Assembly: GCA_026770705.1 (NCBI GenBank)
Contig: JANJGN010000019.1
Location: 86,304,001 to 86,368,000 of the forward strand
Origin: Isurus oxyrinchus
Taxonomy: Eukaryota
Direction: 5' to 3'
DNA: 64,000 bases
Each line of letters begins with the position of its first letter. The first letter of the stretch is position 1. Both the position numbers and the translations under genes were made by a program. Under the pieces are notes generated by a model. That model saw only the letters and a program-made list of their open reading frames with translations. It had not been told where the DNA came from and made no database searches. Shown piece by piece: positions 1-11,039 of the stretch.

Positions 1-300
1 ATACGGTATACGTACAGAAGCTGTCCCATGTGTGGTACATGTCCAGGAGTTGCTCTGCGTGTGGTGCATGTACGGGGGTAATCCCACATGCGGTACACGT
101 ATTATAACAGGTGTGCTGTGCATGTGTTGGAATTATCCAGCATGGAGTGTAAACATGTAAGGGGTATTCCAGGTGGAGAGTAAATATGTAGGGGGTATCC
201 TGGGATGGGGAGTAAACATGTAGAGGGTATCCTGGGACAGAATGTAAGCGTGTAGAGGGTAGCCAGATGGAGAGTAAATGTGAAGGACATAACCTGAGTG
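1..300. repeat. Degenerate ~30-bp tandem repeats
   Basis: Recurring gtggtacatgtacaggag (1-130) and ggagtaaacatgtagagggtatcc (140-300) units. Confidence 0.6.
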
Positions 301-1479
301 TACTCTAGTTGTTTACTGTATACTCTACAGTGTATAGAAGAGACTGTGATGAAGTTCTTTGCTCCCCTCACTGCTGACCCATACTGGGCGCTAAGTGAGG
401 TAGCAGTGCATATTTAACACTTTTTTTTCCCAACTCCTTCAGGCCGACCAGACTGCTGTTATATTGTGCACTAAAAACAAAATTCCTGGGGATCACCCAA
501 AGCCCAGCTACCACAGGAGGTGTTTCCCAATTCAATGCTGTTTTGTCTGTTTTCAGGGGATTGACTGATCTTGTTCTCACTGACAGAATAGTTTCAAAGC
601 TGAGTTAAAACATACTGGCCTGGATCATGCAGTCCCAGAAGTGACAAACGCTGAAAAATATGTTGGTGTTGAAGGCCACAATGGCACTGCAACTTCCAGG
701 GAGCCAACTTACGCTTGAATCTGGAAGCTCTGGTTTGCCAAAATGGGCTTCAGGGCATTCCACTCTAATAGTCCCACTGGAACCTATCAAATGGAAAAAC
801 ATGGGCTGATTTCGCAGTACTTATCCCAGTATTTGTGCGGATTTATTTAGGGCCGCTCCTAGCAAGCATAGAGCCTGGTCAGGAGCACAGCCCTTTAAAA
901 CTACAGGAGTGTGAAAAGACTCTTGCTTCCCCCTACACTGGTCACCCCCAATACCACCACCCCACCTATCCCCAGATGGAGGAAAGATAACAAAACATTA
1001 AAAAGCATTTCCCTGACATTGAGCTGACGACAGACCTCAAGGGGCACATATTCAACTCATGACGTCAAAGGAGGTGTGGCTTCACCGGAATCACATCTTG
1101 CCACTCGGCCTCCCTACTTACTTCACCGATGGATCCACACAATAGCCGGGGAGCAAGTTCCCACAGCAGCTGATGAATGGGCAGGCATGTACTTTTAAAC
1201 ACAGTCAGCGGCGTATGCCTCTGCTTTGCAGATCCAGGCCATTGTTTAGCCTTTATGGCATCCTATATTTGCCTTGATTATGCTGTGGGTGAGGGGTGGA
1301 TACCTTTCTGTACAACCAAAAACAAATCAGATTCACACAAACTTTCAGTACTCCAGACTATGACAAACACCAGCTATGTAACAGAGGAACTTCAAGGCTG
1401 AGAAGGCAGAGCACTGTCTGTGGAAAGGGATTTGGAGATCGGGCAGTGCCACTGAGTTGTATCAAGGTGCTTAGTAACA

Positions 1480-1888
1480 CACTGCCAGCTGTGGCTCAGT
1501 CAATACCATTCTTGCCTCTAAGTCAGAAGATCATGTATTGTAAGGCCCACTCCAGAGGCTCGAGTACATAATTTTGGCTAGCACTCAAAGGCAATGCTGA
1601 GGGAGCACTGCATTGTCGGAGATACCATCTTTCAGATGTCTGCCCTTTCAGATGGAAGAAAATGATCCCGTGACACTATTTCAAAGAAGAGCAGGAAAGT
1701 TCTTTTTGGTGTCCTGGCCTATATTTACTCATTCAACGTCACTAACAAATGATCTAGCCCCTTGTCCCATTGCTGTTTGTGGGAGCTTGTTACACTTCCC
1801 CACAACATACTTCAAAGGTGCTCTGTTGATTCTCGAGTGCTTTGGGACATCCTGAGGCACTAGAGAAATGCAAGTATTTGTCTTTTTT
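1480..1888 (+). mobile_element. DeuSINE (SacSINE1-like) tRNA-derived SINE
   Basis: tRNA-like head, Deu-domain-like core (gatcccgtgacactattt...gtgtcctggcc...attgctgtttgtgggagcttg) and L2-like tail (gggacatcctgagg...aaatgcaag). Confidence 0.8.
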
Positions 1889-2069
1889 TAGATAAAGCTG
1901 GGACTGGGTTGCACAGGGACAGCTTGGGAGTACATGGTCAAGAGTTCGGCCATGTTTAATGAGGTGTCAACCAGACTGCAGGCAATTCCTCACACAAGGG
2001 AGGGGAAAAGAGGAACAGAGAGGGATGTCATGGCAATGCTTCTGTGAGCTGTGCATAAAGCATTAGACA

Positions 2070-2620
2070 GAATGTAACTGTAGAGGGTCCCTGTTTATCC
2101 AGCAAGGAAAGAGTTACTCTAAATAATTCCTGTTTCTCCAGCAGGGTAATGGTTATTGACTGTGTGACTGAGAGCCCCTGTTTCTCCAGCAGGTTAAGGG
2201 TTATTCACTGTGTAACTGAAAAGTCATACGGACTCGAAACATTAACTGTGTTCCTCTCTGCAGATGCTGTCAGACCTGCTGAGTTTTTCCAGGTATTTTT
2301 GTTTTTGTTTTGGATTTCCAGCATCCACAGTTTTTTGCTTTTATCTTAGTGTAACTGAGAGTCCCTGTTTCTCCAGCAGGGTAAGGGTTATTCACTGTGT
2401 AACTGAGAGCCCCTGTTTCTCCTGTAGAGTAAGGGTTATTCACTGTGTAACTGAGAGCCCCTGTTTCTCCAGCAGGGTAAGGGTTAATCACTGTGTAACT
2501 GAGAGCCCCTGTTTCTCCTGCAGGGTAAGGGTTAGCTGGGCTAAATGTACAGGGTGTCTATTTCTTCAGCAGAGTAAGACTTAGTCACTGTTAATGCACA
2601 GAGTTCCTGCTTCTCCAACA
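2070..2620. repeat. 48-bp minisatellite
   Basis: Unit gtaactgagagcccctgtttctccagcagggtaagggttattcactgt recurs at 2351, 2399, 2447, 2495, with degenerate outer copies. Confidence 0.9.
2216..2348 (+). mobile_element. Penelope-like pLTR fragment inserted in the 48-bp minisatellite
   Basis: ...gtcatacggactcgaaacattaactg...cagatgctgtcagacctgctgagtttttccag; gtgtaactga lies on both sides. Confidence 0.75.
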
Positions 2621-3074
2621 AAGCTTAAATACAATTTGGGAGAGTGTCCAAATATGAGGTCATGCTTTTAACATTGGTAGCAAACAAAATTTGAGGCCCT
2701 TATGTTAATTGACTTTTAGAGCTATGAATAGCACTCAGTAAACACTTAATTAATTCAGAGCACAGATAAGGGATTGATTGAAAATTTAACCTTCACATTC
2801 CTGAAGGCCAGTCATTAAATAATTATGCAACATCTGCACAATGAGTTAGACACCATGTGCAAGAGATCTGGCAGCTTCCAGGCCTTCACTGAAGCATATA
2901 ATAAAGACTTACATTTTATCTGGTGGCATGGTCATATGATGACCCTGGACAGCATGGGAATTTAAACAAAATACTATGCAAATGAATGAAGTGGCCCTCG
3001 CTTGATCATATATCAACAAAATGTGCAACAACAAAATGAATTAACTCCCAAACCTCAAAGGTGTGCATCAGCCA

Positions 3075-3510
3075 TACACAAAACCACAATGGGGTTCCAT
3101 CGCCCACACACCAGACCTCAATGGGATTTGATCACCCACACACCAAACCACAATGGGGTTACATCACCCACACACCAAACCACAGTGGGGTTACATCACC
3201 CACACACCAAACCACAGTGGGATTTGATCACCCACACACCAAACCACAGTGGGATTTGATCACCCACACACCAAACCACAGTGGGATTTGATCACCCACA
3301 CACCAAACCACAGTGGGATTTGATCACCCACACACCAAACCACAGTGGGATTTGATCACCCACACACCAAACCACAGTGGGATTTGATCACCCACACACC
3401 AAACCACAGTGGGATTTGATCACCCACACACCAAACCACAGTGGGATTTGATCACCCACACACCAAACCACAACAGGGGTCCATCGCCCACACACCAAAC
3501 CTCAATGGGG
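3075..3510. repeat. 32-bp minisatellite
   Basis: Unit cacaccaaaccacagtgggatttgatcaccca, about 13 copies, homogeneous core. Confidence 0.95.
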
Positions 3511-3519
3511 TTTAAGCTG

Positions 3520-3760
3520 AGACTATTTCAAACAGTTCTTCCAGTGTTCTGGCCAATATTTACCCTGCAACCAACATCGCTAATGCAATTTATCTGGACA
3601 TTTATGATGTTGCTGTTTGTGGAGGTTTGTTGTCCACAAGTTGGTTACTCCAATTCCTACTTTACAACAATGACTACTCTTTTAAAATACTTAATTGACT
3701 GTAAAGCGCATTGGAATATCCTGAGGTCATGAAAAGCGCTATTAAATGCAATTTTTAAAT
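3520..3760 (+). mobile_element. DeuSINE 3' part
   Basis: gtgttctggccaatatttaccc...ctgtaaagcgcattgg...atcctgaggtcatgaaaagcgctattaaatgcaa. Confidence 0.75.
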
Positions 3761-4279
3761 TTCTTTTTCTTTCCCTTAGGTATGGTACAGTTCATCTTGG
3801 CAAGGGAGGGTGAAAACCAGAGACAGTTTCTGCTCCTAATCACCACCCATCCCACCCAATATACTGCCTCCCCCACCACATAATCTTTTCATGGGGGAGG
3901 GCACAAGATTCCACCCTTGTTATATAAACTGATACAGAATGGTCATTTGGTTGAGAAAACCTAGAGTGGAGTGCTGCGGTCTGTACACATCAAATTGAAC
4001 CTCAGCAAGGAGTCAGGAGAGGTGCAAGAATGAGAGAACGTGGGCAAAAAATGCAAAGCTTAAGGAAGTGTGGTTGAGTCAGTTGTCTCAGTGGTGACTG
4101 TACTGGGAAACCTGTCAAGTGCTAATACTGTGAACAGTCATTGCTTGTGGTTTCAGTGTTCTTCTACTCAGTCTTCAAGATGCTGTATTTCAACTGTGCT
4201 TTATATAAGACATCATAATGGGTGAAGACAACAGGCCACGCTTCTCAGCATTTTATATTGTACTAAGTGAACTGGGTAG

Positions 4280-4660
4280 CAGTCATCAGACAGAACCCTA
4301 TGCCATCCCTCTAAGTCAGTCATATGGAATTCCATGCCCTCTCATCTAGAACAATCAGATGGAACCCCTTTCTCCCTCTGGATCAGTCAGATGGAACGCC
4401 TTGCCCTTTTTGTCTGGATCAGTCAGATGGAACTCCATGCCCTCTCTGTCAGTCAGGCGGAACCCCTTGCTCTCACTGTCTGGGTCAGCCACACGACACT
4501 CCTTGCGCTCTCTGTCTGGGTCTATCAGACGGAACCCCCTGTGTTCTCTCTGTTTGGGTCTGTAAGAGAGAGCCCTGTGTCCCCTCTGTCTGGATCAGTT
4601 AGACAGAACCCCTTGCTCTCTCTGTCTGGACCAGTCAGGCGGAACCCCGTGCTCTCAGCA
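4280..4660. repeat. ~36-bp degenerate minisatellite with internal gtctg/cagac inverted repeat
   Basis: Unit approximately tctctgtctggatcagtcagacggaaccccttgctc, about 10 copies. Confidence 0.85.
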
Positions 4661-4829
4661 GCACACTGCACAGTTTAGTTTACCTGGCCCATCCCATTGC
4701 AGGCCTGCAATTCTCATTCCTACAATCTGGGGAATCTGGTTTCTCTCTCTGGGTCTGAATGACATTTGGATTAATGGAGATGTGCATTGCACTGTGTTGC
4801 ACATGGCCTGTCAATGGGACACTAACTAC

Positions 4830-5215
4830 ATCAAAGCGTGTGGGTTTAAACCCACATCAGGACTTAAGCACACAACTTTCAGTGCCAATCTGAAGGAGGG
4901 CTATATTGTTGGAGGCCCTATTTTCATGGCGAAATGTCTAGCTTGTCTGAATCATTCGGGTGGACCATAAAGCTCCCATGACATTATTCAGAGAGTATAG
5001 AGTTCTTCTGAACAACATTCCTTCTCACAGCCAAAAACCACCAAAAACAGATTAACTGGTCTTTCATCCCATTGCTGTTTGTGGGACCTTAATTTGTACA
5101 AAATTGGCTGTCACATTGACTTACAAAACAATGAGTGCATTTCACTGTATGTGAAGCACACAGTGAAATACTGTGAAACATTTCTCAGCAATGGGATGAG
5201 GTGCAAATCTATCAC
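4830..5215 (+). mobile_element. Old DeuSINE copy
   Basis: gggtttaaacccac head and cccattgctgtttgtgggacc...aaattggctg core. Confidence 0.65.
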
Positions 5216-5304
5216 TCTTTATCAGGAGTTTGAGTCCACGTCATGACTTGCAGTTTAGATGCTGATTTTCTTCATAACCTATTCGTCCTTCAGGTTACTG
5301 ATGC

Positions 5305-5937
5305 TCTTTAACTGTGGTTCGGTTGGTAGCACTCTTGCCTGTGAATTTGAAGGTCACGAGCTCAAGTCCCGCTCCAGAGATCTGAGCACAGATCTCTAGG
5401 CTGATACTCCAGTGCAGTGCTAAAGGGAGTGTTGCACTGTCATAGGGTGTTGTCTTTTGGATGAGATTTTAAAATGGAGGCCCCCATCTGACTTCACAGT
5501 TGAATGTAAAAGATCCCATGGCACTATTCAAAGAGAAAAAATGAGTTCTCCCCGGTATTTACCCCAGAGAGCAGTGGATGCACAGTCACTGAGTATTTTC
5601 AAGACTGAGAGAGATTATTGGATTCCAGAGAAATTAAGGGACATGGGGATTAGGAAGGAAAGTGGAATTGAGATCACAGGCCAGCCATAATCTTATTGAA
5701 TGATGAACAGGCTACATCTACTCCTATTTATGTGACCTGACCAATATTTATACCTCAGCCAACATCACTAAAATGGACTACCTGGTCATTATAATATTGC
5801 TGTTTATGGGAGCTTGTGATGTGCAAATTTGCTGTGACGATTCCAACATCACAAATGACCACATTTTGGGAGTAGTACTTTAGTTATGAAGTGCTTTGGG
5901 ATGTCCTAGGGTTGTGAAAGGAGCTATAGAAATGCAA
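5305..5937 (+). mobile_element. DeuSINE interrupted by a CR1 3' fragment (~5557-5735)
   Basis: Head ggttggtagcactcttgcct, core aaagatcccatggcactatt, CR1 3' segment ccccagagagcagtggatgc...cttattgaatg, then the SINE resumes at cctgaccaatattta. Confidence 0.8.
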
Positions 5938-6037
5938 AACAAAAACAGAATTACCTGGAAAAACTCAGCAGGTCTGACAGCATCGGCGGAGAAGAAAAGA
6001 GTTGACGTTTCGAGTCCTCATGACCCTTCGACAGAAC
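5938..6037 (-). mobile_element. Penelope-like pLTR fragment with minimal hammerhead motif
   Basis: Minus strand gttctgtcgaagggtcatgaggactcgaaacgtcaact...cctgctgagtttttccagg; tgcaa duplicated at 5933-5937 and 6038-6042. Confidence 0.8.
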
Positions 6038-6038
6038 T
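6000..6038 (-). ncRNA. Minimal type I hammerhead-ribozyme-like motif
   Basis: AGUU-CUGUCGA-A-GGGUC(augag)GACUC-GAAAC-GUC-AACU: stem I, stem II, palindromic ACGU in place of stem III and a GUC triplet. The core has U at the normally conserved A6. Confidence 0.55.
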
Positions 6039-6491
6039 GCAAGTTCATTAGGTTAATTAGCCCTAAGCAGTTACTTATAGTTGAATCCTGCTTCATGGAT
6101 TTTCTTCCCTTGCTTGAATCTAAGTTGTTTGGGTAAAAACAGTCACTTTATCAAACACAGTGGACTCCAAGCTTCCCCTGGACCTTATAATGACAGTGCC
6201 TGGAGGGGCACTGAGACTTATCTTCCAGCATTAGTACGGATTGAAATTGTCCCCAGCTCCTGGGATAGCACAAAGGAGTAAATCAGCCAGGAATCTCACT
6301 CCCACACATCAAGCATCAAGCATTGCTGGAAAGCCTAGTACCTGGTGAAGATGCGAGCAGGCTCACCCATGGTACTGTAAGGAAAGGGTTAATAAGACTG
6401 ATGAGAATGAGCACACTTCCAAAATACTTCTTTGGCTGCAGAGTGCTTTACGGCATCCAGAAGCTTTGAAAGGCATTATATTTAATGTAGT

Positions 6492-6589
6492 AAAAACAGA
6501 AAGATTCTGGAAACACTCAGCAGGTCAGGCAGCATGTGTGGAGAGAGAAACAAAGTTAACATTTAGGTCGATTACGTTTCATCAGAACT
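6492..6589 (-). mobile_element. Penelope-like pLTR fragment
   Basis: Minus strand agttctgatgaa...gttaactttgtttctctctccacacatgctgcctgacctgctgag. Confidence 0.75.
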
Positions 6590-7124
6590 CAAAGCATTAA
6601 TGCAAGTTATTTCTTTATTAATCAAGATGATAGATGAAGTTAGACGAAGCAAGCTGGGGGAAGCTCATGGAGCATAAATCTGTTGGGTCAAATGGCCTTT
6701 TTCAGTGCTGTTCTAATTAATTCTATGGAATACTGCCAATGATTTTTCCTTATATTGCAGTGTTAGCTTTTAGCCTTTGCTTGTTAAGTAAAGAAGTTTG
6801 ATTCCCAAATTTGTACAGTTTTAAAATAGTTAAAAGTATACTGAAATTCTAAGTTTGTCACCACCTGCTTCATGAGAAAAGTTAAGAGGTGTCATAAGTA
6901 GGAAAGGGTTATTAACTTCAGCAGCACAAGCAGGACAGGCAGTAACTTGCTTTCTACCAAAGCAGGAAGAAAATATTTATTTCAGTAGAAGGGAGGCCTT
7001 GAAGCCTCATTTAAGATAAACACCTGCCTGAGAAATACCACAGCATGGAGTTGGAAAGTCAGCAAGTGTGATTCTCATAGTCAAGGAAAGGGAGTTAGAA
7101 ACAGAGATCGTTTGAAGGTTAAAT

Positions 7125-7372
7125 AAAAACAAAAAATGCTCAAAAAACTTAGCAGCTTAGACAATATCTGTAGAGAGAGAAATAGAGTTGGTGTTTCAGG
7201 TCTGTGACCTTTCATCAGAACATGGTTTGAAGGATAAAAGGAAAATACTGTGAATGCTGGAGATCTGAGATATATAAAAAAAAAGTGCTGGAAAAACTCA
7301 GCAGGTCTGGAAGCATGTATAGAGAGAGAAAGAGAGTTAACGTTTTGAGTTCAATGTGACTTCATCGGAACT
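7125..7372 (-). mobile_element. Two adjacent Penelope-like pLTR fragments
   Basis: Copy 1 (7125-7221; gttctgatgaaaggtcacagacctgaaac) is flanked by atcgtttgaaggttaaa / atggtttgaaggataaa. Copy 2 spans 7235-7372. Confidence 0.75.
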
Positions 7373-7489
7373 TCAAATAATGGACTTGAAAGATGTTATT
7401 TTCACCCATGTCAATCATTGTAACACGAATTTGGAGTCGCAAGGACAGAACATCATCAAATCAGTGCTGAACTGGAGAAAGGCGTTTAT

Positions 7490-7800
7490 AGGGTAGATAG
7501 AAAAAACAATTTTCCCTGGTGACAGAATTCAGAACAAGGGGGTACAACCGTAAAATTAGGTAATTCAGGGATGATGAAAGAAAGCGCTTATTCACACAAA
7601 GAGTAGAGGAAATCTGGAACTTTCTCCCCAGATAGCTTGAGGCTTTCAGAGTTAAATTTGATAGATTTTGATTAGACAGGATATTAAGGGTTGCAGAACC
7701 AAGATGGGTAGATGGGATTGAGATACACATCGTCCGTAACCTAATTGAATGCTGGTACAGGCTCAAGGGACTGAATAACCTCCTCTTGTTCCCAGATTCC
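7490..7800 (+). mobile_element. CR1 LINE 3' fragment
   Basis: ttccctggtgacagaattcagaacaagggg...ttattcacacaaagagtag...ggctcaaggggactgaataacctcctcttgttcc. Confidence 0.8.
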
Positions 7801-8389
7801 CCTGAATGAAACATAATGGAAGCCACCTTTTGATGTAATTATGTAATGTAAAAACATGCAAATTGTCACATAAAAGGGGCAATAAAAAGATATAAAAAGT
7901 GGTTGTTGGAATAGATAAGTTGAAATGTGATTAAGATGATCATGCTATATACCAAGATCTGAATTGTGAACGTGTTGTAAATGTTTGAATTCTTCAGCTA
8001 AAACTCACAAGGTTTTGTTGTAAATACTGTTAGTGTACGTTTAATTGTTACACGTTTAATAAATCTGTGATATGTAACACTTAGTGTTGCAAACCCTATC
8101 GATATGAAGGGTAAATAATAGTAAGAACACACATATTTACCCTTCCTCTAACAGTACATCCATAAGCATGTGCAAAGAGGGATACACACAGAAGCCTAAG
8201 CTTTCCTTTGCTCAAAGACCACACAGCACAGGAAAAGGGGCCACTGGATTATGATCATTGGTAGAAACTTGCATCAATTTTGATGTACTTCCCCCCCCCC
8301 CCCCCTCCCCATTCCCCCTTTCTACCCCCACACCGCCCACCCACCATCCCCCAGCTCAAGGATGATGAGGCCAGTCGTAGCACCATCAC

Positions 8390-8920
8390 TGATCTCACAT
8401 GGAATGTACAGCACAGAAACAGGCAATCTGCCCAATAGAATTGTGCCAGTATTTATGCTCCATACAAGTCTCCTCCTACCCTACTTCATGGAATGTGTAT
8501 CCTTCTATTCCTTTCTCCCTTATGTACTTACCCAGCTTCCCCTTAAATGTATCCATGCTATTCACCTCAACTACTCCAAATGATAACAGATTCCACTTTC
8601 TGGGTGAAGAAGTTTCTCTTGAATTCCTGATTGGAAAAATTAGTGACTGTCTTATATTTATGACTTTAGTTTTAGTTTCCCCAATAAGTGGAAATATCTA
8701 CTGCACATCTACCCTATCAAACTTCTTTATGATTTTAAAGACTCTATCAATTCACTTCTTAGTCTTCTCAAAGAGCCCCAGCCTTTTCAGATTCTCCTGA
8801 TATGTATAAGCTTTCAGTTCTGATATCATCCTTGTAAATCTTCTTCCACCTTTTCCAGTGCCTCCATTTTTTTTTCTGATATAGTGATCAGCACTGTGCG
8901 CAGTGCTCCTAATGTGAGCT
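8390..8920 (-). mobile_element. CR1 LINE 3' fragment
   Basis: Reverse of the CR1 3' end and ORF2 tail (cacagaaacaggc...atcatccttgtaaatctt...gatcagcactgtgcgcagtgctcc). Confidence 0.75.
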
Positions 8921-9108
8921 CAGCTAATTCGGTACAGAATGGCAATTAGCCTGGCTGATTCCTGGGCCGGATGGTTGAAAGCTACATCGGGTCATTGAGA
9001 CAGCCCTTCAAATAATATGATTTGCCGGCAAAGGAAATGGCCTAGGAGTTAACACTTTGATTAAATTAAGTACCCAGTTTAATTCCTCTGTCTATCTCTC
9101 TTCTTCAG

Positions 9109-9197
9109 GTGAAGACGGCGGGCTCAGTATATCCACCGAGGGTACAGATCCTGGACTCCAGCCTATTAGAGTCCGGAGCTCGTTTGCTTACTGCTAA
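9109..9197 (+). CDS. Candidate terminal coding exon of an unidentified gene (partial)
   Basis: Strong acceptor (ttcctctgtctatctctcttcttcag|GT), CpG-retaining unique sequence, reads (G)EDGGLSISTEGTDPGLQPIRVRSSFAYC*; AATAAA at 9607-9612. Frame and gene identity are uncertain. Confidence 0.35.
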
Positions 9198-11039
9198 GAC
9201 CAGGACCTACCTGCCTTAACCAAGATCAAGCCCCGACCAACCCAGGATTGCTTGTCAGCCCAAAACAGACCAAGCTTTCTCCACTCAGAATGTATCATCT
9301 ATGCTGATGGCCTAGGTCAGGAACATTGATCCTGTCTTGATGCGACTGCATGCTGAATGGAAAAGCATTTGGGATATGAAGACATGATGTACTTGGACAC
9401 CATGGCCCTTGAATTATTCACTTGGAAAGCCATGGGCTATTGACACAGAGTATGGAAGCTGGGAACCATGTGTTGCAGTAAAATATGGAGTAAAGTGAAT
9501 GTTTCAGGGAGACGTCATTGAAGAACTGCCATGGACTGTCCATAACCTAACTTGAGGCATGCTTTCAGCTGAGTTTTAACCAAGTTTCAGACTATTTGGC
9601 AGTTTAAATAAACCTTAACAAGGCTACAACCCTAAAAGCTCAATTTGTCAATGTGCTGCACTGAGATTAGGAAATCCCAGCCCCTTGGGGCACTGTTAGG
9701 GCTGCTACACTCAGCCTCACAGCTTCTAGAAGACATACTAATCAGTTAGGGCTTTCACATCTGATCACGGGTCAGTAACCCCACTGGAAATAGTGTAAGG
9801 GGATTGAGCCACACGGTGATAAGTTCATGGTAGAATAACTTATGGGCACTCATTGTCTGCATCACATACAAATAATGGTCACATGGCTGGGGTAATGTTG
9901 GGGAGGTGGGGGTAACCTATATGCTGGCAATCAAAGAGGACAAGGTAATGTTTGTGGGATGGGTGACTGGTGGAGGAGACACAATCAGAAAGGGAGATTG
10001 ATTGGGAGCTGTCAGCAGCCCAGTGTTTGAAGGTGTACTGGAATTGGCATTTCTGATTTTCCTGGCTTCATTGTAAAGTAAGTAAAATGACTTCTAACGA
10101 GCCTTTCAGGTGGGGGAGGTGAGGGACACAACTAGCAGCAGCCCCTTTCAGGAGCACAGGGTTAGCTGCCGATCTACAGACAACACTTCACCCGGTACAT
10201 ACCATGATCATCACAATCTAGTAGAGCCAAAAATACATCAGGCCCCTGGATTGAGGAGCAGGCCTGACCAATTTGACAAGCAATATACTTCTGGTATGAA
10301 ATGAATGCAGCCTTCCTATTGGACCTTTGCCATGTCCGCTTTATGCCTGTAAAATTGCCTCCACACCAAACAAGCATTTTACCACAGAGTGGGGCAGAGG
10401 GACTCTCCAGCACGAGTTACAGAGCATGAATTAGACCAGGCAAAGTCCTGACAGTGGATCTCAAGGGTAGGGAATTGTATCCCTTCTAATGAACATGATT
10501 CAACCTCTCATTGAGCTGGCCAAGACAATGGGAGGCCATGTAGCAACCACTGTGACTCCATTACATTGTGAATTGCCAAGTGTTGTACTCGCTAGGAAGG
10601 CTTTGGTCCTGGACTGTGCTTCAATGGATGCTCCTGGAGGTTTCATCACATGACCTTCCACCTCCGAAAGCCCCACCTGGTCAAATAGCTATTTTACCCC
10701 ATCTCCAATGTTTCATATCTAAGAAACACAATCATGTGGAGGGGTGGAGCTATAATTTTCTCCCACAATGCACAGGGACTCCAGGACAAATCTGAAGGTT
10801 TGGCAACCCTAAAGCAAGATAACACATGGCCCCTGCTTCTAATCCTTCTCCTCGCACTTCTAGAAGGCAAATGCTCACAAACCTGTCTCTGAAAGCCAGT
10901 TCTTGTGCTTTGGACACAGCAAGGGCTCTCCGATTAACAAGATTGATTGGTGATATCCCATAACTGTGCTGTTTCAGTCCAACAGACTTGTGCCGATAGA
11001 GAGTTAAATTTAATTTGATGGGAATTGTAGATAACCTAG

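Noticed and set aside
2351-2540. RSS heptamer (cactgtg) in the 48-bp repeat
   Set aside because: There is no nonamer-like sequence at 12- or 23-bp spacing.
3780-3812. Mini-exon YGTVHLGKGG after a pyrimidine tract
   Set aside because: The tract is the simple-repeat tail of a DeuSINE, the donor is weak, and the downstream sequence belongs to an old SINE-like repeat.
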